Shown: piece by piece, positions 12,319-24,639 of the stretch | How the letters are laid out: each line of letters begins with the position of its first letter | How positions within the stretch are numbered: the stretch's first letter is position 1 | Assembly: GCA_025201805.1 (NCBI GenBank) | Contig: MU619252.1 | Coordinates: forward strand, 186,001-250,000 | Direction: 5' to 3' | Source: Parasitella parasitica NRRL 2501 | Taxonomy: Eukaryota > Fungi > Mucoromycota | DNA length: 64,000 nucleotides | Made by a program: the position numbers and the translations under genes | The notes under the pieces: generated by a model | Told to the model about the DNA's origin: nothing | Database searches by the model: none | What the model saw: the letters and a program-made list of their open reading frames with translations, nothing else

Positions 12319-13081
12319 ACTGTGGTATGTATGCGTGCAAAAATGAAATACAATAAAGAAAGGCCAACTTTGATGTGTGTCGCTCATGTAATTCTTTGTA
12401 ACTAAAGTTTTGAGGCTGGTCATTGGTTGTGTTCATATTACAGAAGTAGGTAGTCTATCAAATATGGCTTTACGCTGTGAGCAATCGGCAAATTTCCTGA
12501 CTGGATATGTATTAGCGGAAACATTTGAAGTCACCATGAAGTAACTTGCTGTATGCTTATATCGTGTATGAAGAGACTTATTGAAACGATTTCTCAAATA
12601 TACAGAGGCTGAAAATATTTCACCTTGAGGAATATTAAGGGCAGGCTTAAACACGGTGTATCATTTAGTATTTCTATAAAGTTAATAACGAGATGAAAGA
12701 GCAAATAAAAGCTGTTATTTTCGCTTATAAATTTTGATCGATTTACCACTTTCTAATCATTAAAAGTGATGAATACATGGTGACGATAAATGCATACTTT
12801 TCTATAGAATATTGTTTGATAGTCAATTCACACCATGGTTTCTTTAATACAATCCATACATGTGCCTGCCCCTAGTGTTCCTCCTTTACCATTATTTTTT
12901 GGCATCTTGGTTTAATTTTGAAAACAATTTAACAAGGGGACGCAATGGCATCATAAAATAACATTGTTATTGTATCATACATGCCTCCATTTTTGTTTTG
13001 ATGGTTGACAAAACCTTGAATAAATCACTACAAGCTTGTATATTTCTCTTTCTTTCAATTTGTAGTTTTCAAAGTAAAGAA

Positions 13082-14200
13082 ATGCTTCCAAAGAAAAGAA
13101 ACGCTTGCACAAAAAAATAAAGATCAGTTATCCGTTTAAATTGATAGTTGGATTTTTAAAAATCGTTGCGCATGCACCAGACATAGCCGAAAGTACTATG
13201 CTTTACCATCCAGTAAACATTTTCTCCTGCTAAACAGATTCCAAGGTCTAAAGAGCTGTTGCCGCAAGAAATCCAACAATCGGATATCCTGAAAGCAATC
13301 AGATTATCCAGACAAGAGCAGTAAAGTACTGGCCACTTCTTCCCGGTAAATTATTCGTCCTCCATCAACTCACCCTGCCTTTTTTTCGACAAACGATAAA
13401 GACGAAGATTTCCAGCAACCAATACCTTTTTCGCCTTGAAGGCGACCGCTTGTCACTGATGCCACCACTGCCACTTCTACTATTAGCACTAATACTTCTA
13501 TTGCCAATCCTACTATTGACGCTACTTATTCTACTGCTTTAATCACTCAACAATCGGGTACGAACAACATAGTTACAGAGTTCCCTGATAATCTTTTAAC
13601 ATTTATTTTTCAAGTCTTACTATTGTCACAAGAGCTTGAGGAAAGGCTTAATTTCACGCCGGAACCAACTACTGCTAGTGCTCCTGTTTGTACCTCCAAG
13701 AAGCATGCTGAAGCCAAGAAAGAGGCTCGAGAAGAAGTACCTTGTGAAACTCCCAAAGGAAAAGAACGAGATACGAGCAAGGGAACTGAAGCATATAATT
13801 CATGGTGATCTTGAAAACCTTAAGAAGACAATCTATACTCATAAATTCCATGATACATATTCTCCAAAAGAAAACATGCTGCGAAGCTTTTGAAGTGTGT
13901 TGCGTCTGACTATCATGCAAATTTCAAAAAGAAAACATATATCATTACATGATTTGTTGGCTCTTAGATGTTACACGACGACATTCATAATGAAGGCTTA
14001 CAACTGTTGAATCAGTGCAGAAGGCTCAGTCTCAATTAATGCTCGGAAGCCACGCCATGCAGCCAAACGATGGGTATTGTGCTGCTGACAGCGTGATTGT
14101 TGATTAGACAACAACCTGCTGACTGGTCCAAAAACTAAAACATGTATTCTTTCTTCTATCCCAGTGATTGGAGTGTCCGTATCAGAGAAGTTTGCCAAAA
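13082..14200 (+). pseudogene. Degenerate ORF remnant, possibly transposon-derived
   Basis: Successive short frameshifted ORFs (13623, 13636) with coding-like composition and in-frame stops. No recognisable domain. Confidence 0.25.
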
Positions 14201-14299
14201 CTGCAGTGGTAAATATAATTTTTTTGTGGTATTCCAATAAAGTTTTTACCCATATTGTTTTCTTTCTTCCTCTTCCTTCTTTTTCATTCACATTCAACT

Positions 14300-16859
14300 A
14301 TGAACTTGTCTGACCTTGTTCATAGAACTGCAGGTGACAATAAAAGTAACAAGAATAAAGTGCCGGCACCAAATAGCAACAACAACAGTAATCACATAAA
14401 TAGCTCCAATAACTTACGGCTATCGCAACCCATTAATGGATACAACAACTTGTTCCAACAGAACATAATTGACTCGAATGTTTCACCATCTAATATTTTT
14501 GCTAACTTTGCTAGACAAGATCAACAGTTTCTGTTTTCCATGCCAAATGTAGTAAACAATTGGGCTGTTCTAATCATCTTGGACCGATACTAATTGATTG
14601 TATATAGACGGACTGGGTGAATAATAGCTTGTTCTTTAATAATAATGGACTCGTCAGTGGGCAGGACTCTCTTATCGAGCCAATGAACCAAGCAACATCA
14701 GCCTCTGACATGACGAATTTGTACTTGAAGCAGGATTTTTTAGCTACAAATACCAACCAGAATACAACAATACCAGCTACTACTACCACTACTACTAAAA
14801 CTATGACGAATACTACCACTACGATTAATAACAACAGTAATAACTATACCCAACAACCAAAAAACTATCCTCTTATTGCGCCATTTCAGCGTAGTGTATT
14901 TCATAGTTTTGACCTATCGAACCCTGCTCCCCCTCATCCGCCAGTCCAAACTTCTCAAAGCATAGCAGCAGACTTTCATGAAAACGATAATGTACAATTT
15001 AATACAAATACATTTACTACCATGCCAACAGCTGCATCAGAGATTGCCATTGCAGCAGCACAGTCAGAAGTTACTTCGCAAATACAGACAGTATCCTGTA
15101 ATAATTCAACAAAGTCAATGACAACGCCAACAACAGCAACGGCACTGACAAACAACCCAGCGCCTCCAGGGCCATCAATATCAGAGCAAATGCATATTCA
15201 GATATTGAAGCCAACAGTCAAGATAACTGGCGATAATGTAACGTCTGCAAACATAGAAGAAGGATATATTCAATTCGTCCTAGAGCATGATGCATCTTAT
15301 ATTAGCGATGGCATCGATAGCTTGGTGTATACCAAACGTAAATTCCAGTCTGTTCCAAAAACTGGCGACATTTCCTATACTACATGGGACATTTATCAAC
15401 TTGTCTTGAAACTACACAAGCAAGAGGTAGCGTCAAGCAGAATAGTGATACCGATACAAAAAAGGCTAACGTCTAGATTTAGATCAAGAACTGGTCTCAG
15501 CTGGTAGGACAATTAGGCTTACATGATATGGCAGGCCGACCTCAATTTGCTCAGCGAGTCAAACGATGGATGAACCGATATAAAATCGACTCTTATTTCG
15601 ACTATTTGTTGGGGAACGAATATCAGTTTAATGCACCCGAGGGGAAATACTCGACTTGTTTGATGATTGGCAACTACAAGAAACGAAAATCAGATAACAA
15701 TAGCAGCAATGTCAACGCGATTGCAGGTGATTCAGATGACGAGGAATTGGAGAATGATGAGACTGATCAGGAACATCGAATCCCAGTTCTGCTGGCCGGC
15801 AGTAGGAAACGTATGAGGGATATCAGTCAAAATAGCCTACAAATGATAGAGAATGCTCAGAAATTTTTGCGGCTGCATCAAAGTGAATCAGAAGAAGAGG
15901 AGGAAGAGGAGGAGGAGGAGATTGAAGATCAGAAGCAAGGGGGATCAGATATGGATGAAAACGATTCTGACATTAGATCCATTGTAAATAATGAAGACGA
16001 AGATGTCGAAATGGCTGAAGGCGAAGAAGGCGATGAGGAGGAAGACGAAGAGAATATGCAAGAAGAGGAGGAGGAGGAGAAAGAAGAGGAAGACGAAGAA
16101 GAGGAACTTGCTGATGATGAAGAGGATGAATTGGCTTCTTCTGCATCGTCACCTATCTCGCCACCAAGAAAGATCATACCCGCCCCGATTGTGGATCCCT
16201 CGCCGCCCAAATCAACCAATATGCAGCCTCCACTGTCAACATCATCTTTAAAACCCAAGACAGCCTCACCTATTGCCAACAAACCAACAATCTCTTCGTC
16301 GAATATCGCTGGTATGTCTCCAGCGTCATCGTCTTTTACAAAGTATAGCACTACTACAGCTTCACCTTCCTTTTCAAATAAGTCTGGTATTGCATCACCA
16401 TCCTTTATGCATATCCCAATAGCTGCTACATCACCAGCAAACTCTACTTTATCCATGTCATCAGTATCTTCTGGAACTATCAGATTAGCTTCATCACCTC
16501 CGAAACAAGCCCCTCCGCCACTATCACTTTTATCCATTCCTCCGCTCTCTTCTTGCTCCAATTGTATGGCAAACGATGCTAAAGTAGTGTCTATGGAAGT
16601 TGAATTAAAAGACCTAAAAGCTCATGTCGCTCAGTTGAAATCGCAACTAGAGAAGCAGAATAACCAAGTGAACAAATTGCTTCGACTGAGAGACCGTACT
16701 GAAAGGTGGCGAAAGCAGATTATATCTGATTTAGCAAGAGGCCCTCAGGTTGCCTCTGAAAATGACGACGATGACGATGACGATGATGAAGACGAAGACG
16801 ATGATGAAGATAATGGCGAGGCGGGCAACGATGATAATAACAATAACACTAGAACCTGA
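14300..16859 (+). CDS. ARS-binding protein 2 (Abp2) domain protein with long acidic and Ser/Pro-rich tracts and a C-terminal coiled coil
   Basis: VTSANIEEGYIQFVL...FQSVPKT...IKNWSQLVGQLG...QFAQRVKRWM...IDSYFDYLLG matches the Abp2 domain pattern. Two introns (~14550, ~15427). Confidence 0.75.
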
Positions 16860-17240
16860 TATGCGTGTATTTTCTAATTTTTAATCAATCTCTGTATATA
16901 ATTTAATGTTAATAATAATAAAGAGCCTTTAGTGATATAGTTTTCATCTTACAATGCTCCCAGGATGGTAAACAAGATCAGTGTTATTTTTCCGTTTTCA
17001 TAAAGCACAAGCTGTTCTAATTTGGGTGAGAAAGTGTTTCAATTGATAAAATGATACAAACACACGTTGTCCATCAACAAGCATCGTAGGCTATTTAACC
17101 CAAAAAAATATGATTTAAATAAATAAACTTTTCAACAGTTCAATTTGAACCAAGTGTCAAAATAATCCTTGGCTCTCTCTGTTTCTCTTCCTCTTCTTCT
17201 TTCTCTTTCTCAATCATTTTCTTTCTCTTTCTCTCAAAAT

Positions 17241-20200
17241 ATGAACGTTCACTCATTCTGCTTAGCAGCACATCACCAAAGCCAAATCAGGCAGCTTGAC
17301 GTTAGCCAATTGAATCAGCAATTTTCTAGTGATGCAAGTCAAGTCGAGTTTGTTCCTCTTTACGGATGCCATGCATTAAATGTCTCAATCACAGGCCATG
17401 ATGATGAAGCCACCTGCTTGGCTGTGCGAGGTGAGATATTGAGAAATAATCCAATCAAGGTAAATTTAGATCCGAGCAAATACAAACAGTATAAGCTAAC
17501 GATCCCTCCTGTAGACAACTTTGACAATAAAGTCACCCAACATGAATGCTATATTTCACCCGGAAATTAAAAACGCCCTCACTGATATTGCCAAAGAGAT
17601 TGATGTAAAGATCAAGGTTCATTCAGCTTCGGAAGCCGAAATACACATTGTTGGATCCATAGATTCTGTCGAGTTGGCACGCGTGAAGATTCTCGTGCTT
17701 TTAGATCAACTGGTAAATAACACTAGCACATTACTCTACATGTATTATACGTAATCTAATTAGACATGTAAAGGCTGGTTGGAACGTAGATTCTTTACAC
17801 GATATACCCTGCTATTTGCATTTCCTCTTATCCGGCCGTAAACATGTCCAGTTGCAATCCATCATGGAGGAAACTTCAACCAACATTTACTTGCAGTCGC
17901 CATTCAGCCATTTGACTACACAAGATCAGAATGATGGCCTCATTTACTTGACAGGTGAATCTACTTCGGGCTTAGTTAGGGCTAAAGAATTACTAAAGAA
18001 ATTGACTGCACAAAAGGTAGTAGCATTGCACAAGAGCAAAAAAAAAAAAAAAATAAAAGAATCACTGAATATACTTTATTTAGTTGCAATCAATGTACTG
18101 CAAGGATTCTAAAATGGAGCCCAAAAAACTAGATTGGATTTTGCTAAACAAAAGAGACGAACTACGGAAAATCATGAGGGACAATGGTATCATACTATAT
18201 ATGGCATCTGTTTGCATATGTATTAATTTCCGTTTCCAGGCTCATATTTCAAATTTCCATTACTGGGATCAGGCAGCAACACTGTATCCATCTATGCTGA
18301 AAATAGAATCTATGTTGAGCGATCCATACGCTTGTTGAATTACTTGGTAAATGCATACTATCAATGCTTGTCTCTTTGCGCTCATGAAATGTACCTCTCA
18401 TTCTGCTTAGACTTCTAGCATTTATGAAGCTTCGTTTGAGCTAACCAATAACATTCAAAACCACAATGTGGCAACCATACTCTCTCAATTGTCTCAAACC
18501 TCTGGCGTGGATGTCACTTATCTGCAGCAGACTGGCAAGATTGAGCTATTCGGCACTGAGGAGCAGGTTCGTTCGGCTTACAGTCTGTTGGGCGACGCAC
18601 CCTGCGTCAAGGGAAATTATCATTTCACCACGTTTGGATTGGAGCTGGCCACTGATCAGCGTGAGTTTGTGAGCGGCAAAAAGAATGGTAAAATCAACAA
18701 GATTATGAAGACTTGCGCTGTTAATATTCGCTTCGCCGTGTCAAACGAATACAGCTCACGTATCATCCTTGAAAGCACAGACCATAATAAGGCTCTTGAA
18801 GGCCTTGCTATGCTCCAGGATGAGCTCCCCGCCGAGACTTCATTCTATGTTCCCGAAATCTACCATCGTCGCATCATCGGTGTTGCTGGTAAGAACATCC
18901 AGAAGGTCATGAAAAAATACGGTGTCTATGTCAAGTTTTCAGGCGCTGAAGAGTTCACATCGTTGGGCGGTTACTTTGAAAATGAAGATAACGTGGTTGC
19001 TCGTACCCCGATGAAGAATCGAACAAATTTAGAACATTTAAAGCTTTCCGTTACAGAATTTATTGGATTTCAAAAGGATAGAGATTTTTTGTCCACCACA
19101 GTTGCCATTCCCTATCAGTTACAGCGCATCATACCATCCAAGTACAGTAGTCAGTTACGCGAGATATGCCGCACAAATAACACAAAGATCTGGTGGCCGG
19201 AATGTCTCGGCTCTGACAATGTTGTAGTCTATGGCCCTCAAACCCAAATCTCGTTGGTTGTCGCTTATTTAGCTCAATTCGTGTCCAAAGAATTTCATGT
19301 TGCTGTTGTTCTGACTCCAGAGCTGGAAGCCGTATTCTCTGATGCCGAATCTATCGCGAGTATGCAAGCCAAAATTCGCACTGCTTTGCAAAATGTGGAA
19401 CTAGCACAAGCTGTTGTCATGGATCAGCCAAACTACAAGAACGATGTTTTAGAGTGGAATTCAGGATACTCAACTGAGAGCAGCAAGATTTTGATCTTTA
19501 GATTTATATGCCATGATGCAAACCACTGTGCGCAAGACATAGAGCGAGCCAAGGCAATTGTCAAAACTTGGACAGAATCAAAAGATTTGCCTTTTGATGA
19601 GCTTGCTGCTACCGACCAGGAGCCAAATTATATTTCACAAGGTAAAATTAAGAGTTATTATGGCTTCAGAGCGCTGATCAAATAGCAAATAGATGTGCAA
19701 AATCACCTATTGCCTTCTTCTATATTAGTCAACACACCAGCCTTGTCTGAAGAACCTGTGTTTGGCGCGGATATTCCTCCTAGTCCTCCTTTGTCTGAAA
19801 CCTATGCAGCCGCTTACCATCCTCTTGATAATACAGCAACATCTGTACCATTGGTGGCTTCGTCTTTGCTGTCTGCTCCATTTCCCACTGCAAGAAATAT
19901 CTGGGCGTCACCTCGCATCCAGAATAATAATGTATGTGCAAAGTGGTAACTTCTTTAAATATTTCTAACTAAAAGAAAATAGTGTATCCCTCCTATAGTT
20001 CAAGGCGGTGAAAGAATGCTTCATATGAATCAATATCCTCTTGGTATTCAACCACCACTTTCGCCACCACCTTATCAACAGGCATTTTCTATACTGCACC
20101 AAGGATCATCGCCTTTAAATCAGCAAAGAATTACTAATATGAGACCCTCTAGTAGCGCACCTACCATTGGCACCAAGCAACACCAGCAGCAGCCTCACCA

Positions 20201-20579
20201 CAGATCTTGGCCAGAGGTCTTTTTTGGTGGTCGAGATCTATTCGATGCTCTACCTTCAAGAAGAGCGTCTGCCAGCACACAGTATGCATTTGAACTATAT
20301 CCCAACAGTACAACCGCAAGTGTAGCCTCGTCGCCATCAATGCATCCACAGCAACAGGCATACAAAAATACAACCATTATGAATAGTAAGTAACGAGATA
20401 CCTTTCAAACATTATCTTGCTCCAACTACATTTAATTCTTTTTAGAGTATCAACAACAGTTCCATATGATTGCGCAAAATTCACCTTTTGTATATTCAAA
20501 TGCTCCTCCACCTCCTGTTATGAATGGGTCAGCATGCAACAGCAATCCAAACCAACAATACACTAGGTTTTGCAACTAA
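17241..20579 (+). CDS. Multi-KH-domain RNA-binding protein (YLL032C/Mug60-like)
   Basis: EFVSGKKNGKINKIMK and ELPAETSFYVPEIYHRRIIGVAGKNIQKVMKKYGVYVKFS GxxG KH motifs. Multiple GT-AG introns and a Q/P-rich tail. Confidence 0.82.
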
Positions 20580-21231
20580 TTTGATTTGTTCCATGAACAT
20601 ACAAAAGCATAATATAGTACATCATAATACCACTATGTCTTGAGCATTTATTTATATTTATTTTTACATAAAACTGGAAAAAAAAAAAGATTTCCATTCT
20701 ACTAAGAAAATCTATTTGGTAAAGAGTAAGGTTAAGTGCCTTAGGTTTTTGCAGGAATACACTATCGAAAAGAATTACAAAAGCCTGCAAAAGTATGGAG
20801 AAAAGCTTTGTTTCGTATTCTTACAAGTGCTTGGGTATATGTCGAAACAAGGAGCATTAACAACCACATCAGAAGCCAATAACACAGCGGTTAAGAAAAA
20901 GGTAAGCTACAATCAAATCAGCATTAAACAATTTAACCTTCATTATATTTTTTTACCACCAATATGTAGGACACTTCAACTGCTCGCAAATGACAAAAGA
21001 AACCTAGCTGTTCATGCTCATAGCATCGTGGACAGTAATTTTTTTTTATATACACACGCCATGGATAAAAAGTAGCCATTGCATCGAAAAATGGTCGCTC
21101 TCATTCAAAATAACATATGTCATATTTCTCAAAGATAAATCTTTCATCAAAACATAAAAATGGATTACACGGCATAAGCACTTGCCCCTTTCCTTTTTTT
21201 TTTTTTCAATTGTAATTTTTTTGCTCTGAAA

Positions 21232-22056
21232 ATGTTAACTTTAGGTCAAGCTTCCTGCCTTGTCCTTGGACACAAACCCAATGATCCAGAAGAAAAAAAG
21301 TGGGTTAATTGCAGTACACATACATAATCACGATCCTTTTCAACCGACGGCCATTGGAATCAAAGTACATGAGCGAGATCCCTTCAAATTCACAAGTTAC
21401 CCCGATTCTCCATCTACGGATTCACCTGATAAAATTGCTAATCACGACGGCAACGACAACAACGGGAATAACGGCAATAGCAACAACAAAGACAACAACG
21501 GTAATAGCTGTTATGCCAAAATAAGTCAGTGAAGTGAATCTGCCAAAGAGTTACCCTTTTATTAGAAATACATCCTCTGGATGATGTATTTATATAAACT
21601 AACATTATGTGCTAACGTCATCATACACGACTATAACTAAGATTTACATAGAGCATGCGATGTAAATCCCTGATTTGCCACGCACATTGGCTTTAGCCGC
21701 TTGATCTTGCTACAAGCTCCATGGCATGTTATTGATATAACAATAGCAACAACAGTAACAAAGACAGGTCTAAAAAACGGAAGCTTGATGACACTTTTAT
21801 ACCATTCCGCAAGGATCGTTTGCTGAACCTTATGAAAGAAATTGCCACCGATGAAGATCCTTTGAACGACAATTGTTACTCCAAACAATTCCTTACTACA
21901 GAAGATCAATACCAACTAATGTGCAGTATGTTCCCGCATCTTAAAAATCATTGCAGTGTACATCAACTTCAATATTGGATTGGACAGGCAAAAATCTGGG
22001 GAGAATATTTTAGTTTGGACCCCAAATTCGTACCTAAAAATGACCCTGAAAGTTGA
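21232..22056 (+). pseudogene. Hypothetical gene or pseudogene fragment
   Basis: Coding-like segments (KKRKLDDTFIPFRKDRLLNLMKE...QYWIGQAKIWGEYF) preceded by in-frame stops, plus an AAC-rich low-complexity tract. Confidence 0.3.
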
Positions 22057-22301
22057 TCTAAAGTTGAAAATCAAAAATCAAATATAAAGTTTGTGCTGCA
22101 TCCATAAAAAGGCTACATATGTCGCATCTAAATTACTTATAATGTACGGATCATGATATTAATTGTTGGAATTTTTTTTACAAAGAAGGAATAAGCTACA
22201 GGTTGTAATTGGACCTCTTGCAAGGTTCCAGGCTTATTCAAAAAAGAACAATGAAAATTTATTTAAAATGTTGTATTTTATGCTATGAGAATGAATGTAA
22301 A

Positions 22302-24463
22302 TCATACTTGAGACTTTGACTTGCGATCAGTTTTACTATTAGGCACAGATGCGATTATTTCGGCCATACGAGATAAAGCATGATCTTCTTGACCAATGGC
22401 ATCTCGTAGCTTCGAATTAGTCGCTTCTTGATGAATAGCCTTAATGTTTTCGCGAGAAGCAGGTGGGAGTCGTTCATTTTCGATATCAGATCTACGAGCA
22501 TCTTCAAAGGTAGTGATAGCTATATATAGGTCATTTATTTCAATTAGTAAATGAACAACTCGAATTAAGCATACTTGTTTACCTTTTCTGATGCCTTCAG
22601 AACCAAGGCCTAACGTTCCTGTAGGCAACTTTCCATCGCCAAACAAGTTCTTGAGTTCCATTACTAACTCTGTATTCTCTCGAAGAACAGAGAAAGTACG
22701 AGAAATCTTACCAATAGCCATAATCTTGTTTCTAATTATCTGGCGTCTTTGCTCAGGAGTCATATCAGCATTATCAGGTACTACAACCACAGGTGATTCT
22801 GTGGCCTTTTGCTCAGGAGTAGCAGCAAGTTCTTCTTGAGAGCAAATGTTCAAGAGTGCCAATAACATGGAAGTGACTAGTAATATCGCTATTAAACTAA
22901 TATCCAAAATGCATGACCATCAGACAAGCCTTACTTTTCTCACCAACAAACGGTAGACTCCAATTGAACACATTCATAAAGTTGGGTAACCAATATGGAT
23001 GTGGAGTACAGTTGAATTGACGTATATTAAGAACACTTTTATCATAACGAAGTACCGCAGCCTTGTTGTTATAGACATCAATGTAGTTTGGCGCAGAGAA
23101 AATGGTCATCAATGCTGGGAATCCGGTTGATTTGCTCTTGCGGTACATGCGGTAGCTTTAATAGTATTATATTAGCTTGAAACCGCCTTGTTATATATTT
23201 GAGATGTGTTACTCAATAAGAGATTAGTGCATCGTTGGATGCAACTCCCAAATATTTCGAGCAATCCCTTTTTTTATGCTAAATTCACTTACCCATTTGC
23301 TTGCGCTTCATGAGCACGAATGACGGATAGTAAATTGTTCTTGTCCAAAAAGCTACAAGTGGCGCGATAGCTTGATTACATAACACAATCAGAATTACAA
23401 CATGCTTCATGTTTAAGAAAATTCTTGCAAAAACTTGGAGTTTGTTTACCTGTAAAAGTAGGAGCATCCACGAACATGATTATGTTCAAATTTTGGTCCA
23501 TTATCAGTATCAAACTCTTCAAAAGGATCAGACCACAATAGATCGCACATTAATCCACTGGTCGGGGTTTCTCTGAATCTGTCAATCTGAAACAAGACAA
23601 AAACAAAAAAGTTGGTCTTTATTGCATACATTCAACGTGCAACGGTGATTACATTACCTCTTCGATGTCTTTAAGTGTCTTTAGTTCAGGCGAAATTCCA
23701 CCATGCACGCAGAGAAATTGGTCATTAACAACAGCAGCCAAAGGAAGACTATCAAAGCATTCCATGGCAACATCATAGACCTCTTCAGAGTACTTGGTTT
23801 GACATTCCAACTTGAATGTAAAGTAATCTGTCAAATGACGGCATTCGTGGTTGCCACGTAATAAAAAGAATGTATCTGGATACCATAATTTATGAGCCCA
23901 AAGATAGAGTACACACTAGGACAGCCATGAGACAAGATATAACGCACGCCCAAAAAAAAAAATTACCTCAATTGAAAAGTAGCCTCTATCAACATAATCA
24001 CCTAAAAAGAGGTACCTAGTATCTGTTGGATCACCACCTACTTCAAATAATTTCAAAAGATCATAATATTGCCCGTGCACATCACCACAAATAGTAAGAG
24101 GCGCAGGTATGCGCAACAGATTAGGTTCTTTCGCCAGCATATTTTTGGTGTCATTCAAGATTCGAAGCGCTTGCTTTTCTGTCAAACGACCTTCTCTACG
24201 CAAATGATCTCTCAAAAAAACTAAATCTGGCAATCCTGGGCGTTCTTTCGACCATAATTCGTCGTCAGTAGGCTTTTGAAAGGCGGGCGGGTCTACTTCT
24301 ATTGTTTTATGTTACACACTTTCGTTTATTAAAAGCTCATCAATGTCAATAATACTTTACTTGTGTTAATACGATCTTTTGTGCTGACAACTGTGCCATC
24401 TTCCATTGTGTGTACAGAAAGATTGACGGCTGGTCTATCTGTTGTGATTGAGATATTTGACAT
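22302..24463 (-). CDS. CNA1: Calcineurin A (PP2B catalytic subunit)
   Basis: GDVHGQ, GDYVDRG, RGNHE, SAPNY, CnB-binding helix WSLPFVGEK, CaM-binding [11 protein letters not shown] and autoinhibitory [16 protein letters not shown]. Confidence 0.97.
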
Positions 24464-24639
24464 GACTAAAGAGTGAAAGAGAATTAATCCGAGGTTTTAA
24501 AAATCAAAAACTTTTATATGAATCCCGCGTTAGATATTAGACATACTGGTGAGTGAAACATTTGGCGTTCGAGGTGGCATATTATTGCCATTTGAAAATC
24601 TACGCTGATGCACTGTATAATGGAAATATATTCTACATA

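Noticed and set aside
15929-16561. 210-aa antisense ORF and similar shadow ORFs (30277, 46124, 58532 etc.)
   Set aside because: Mirror frames of real genes or low-complexity tracts.
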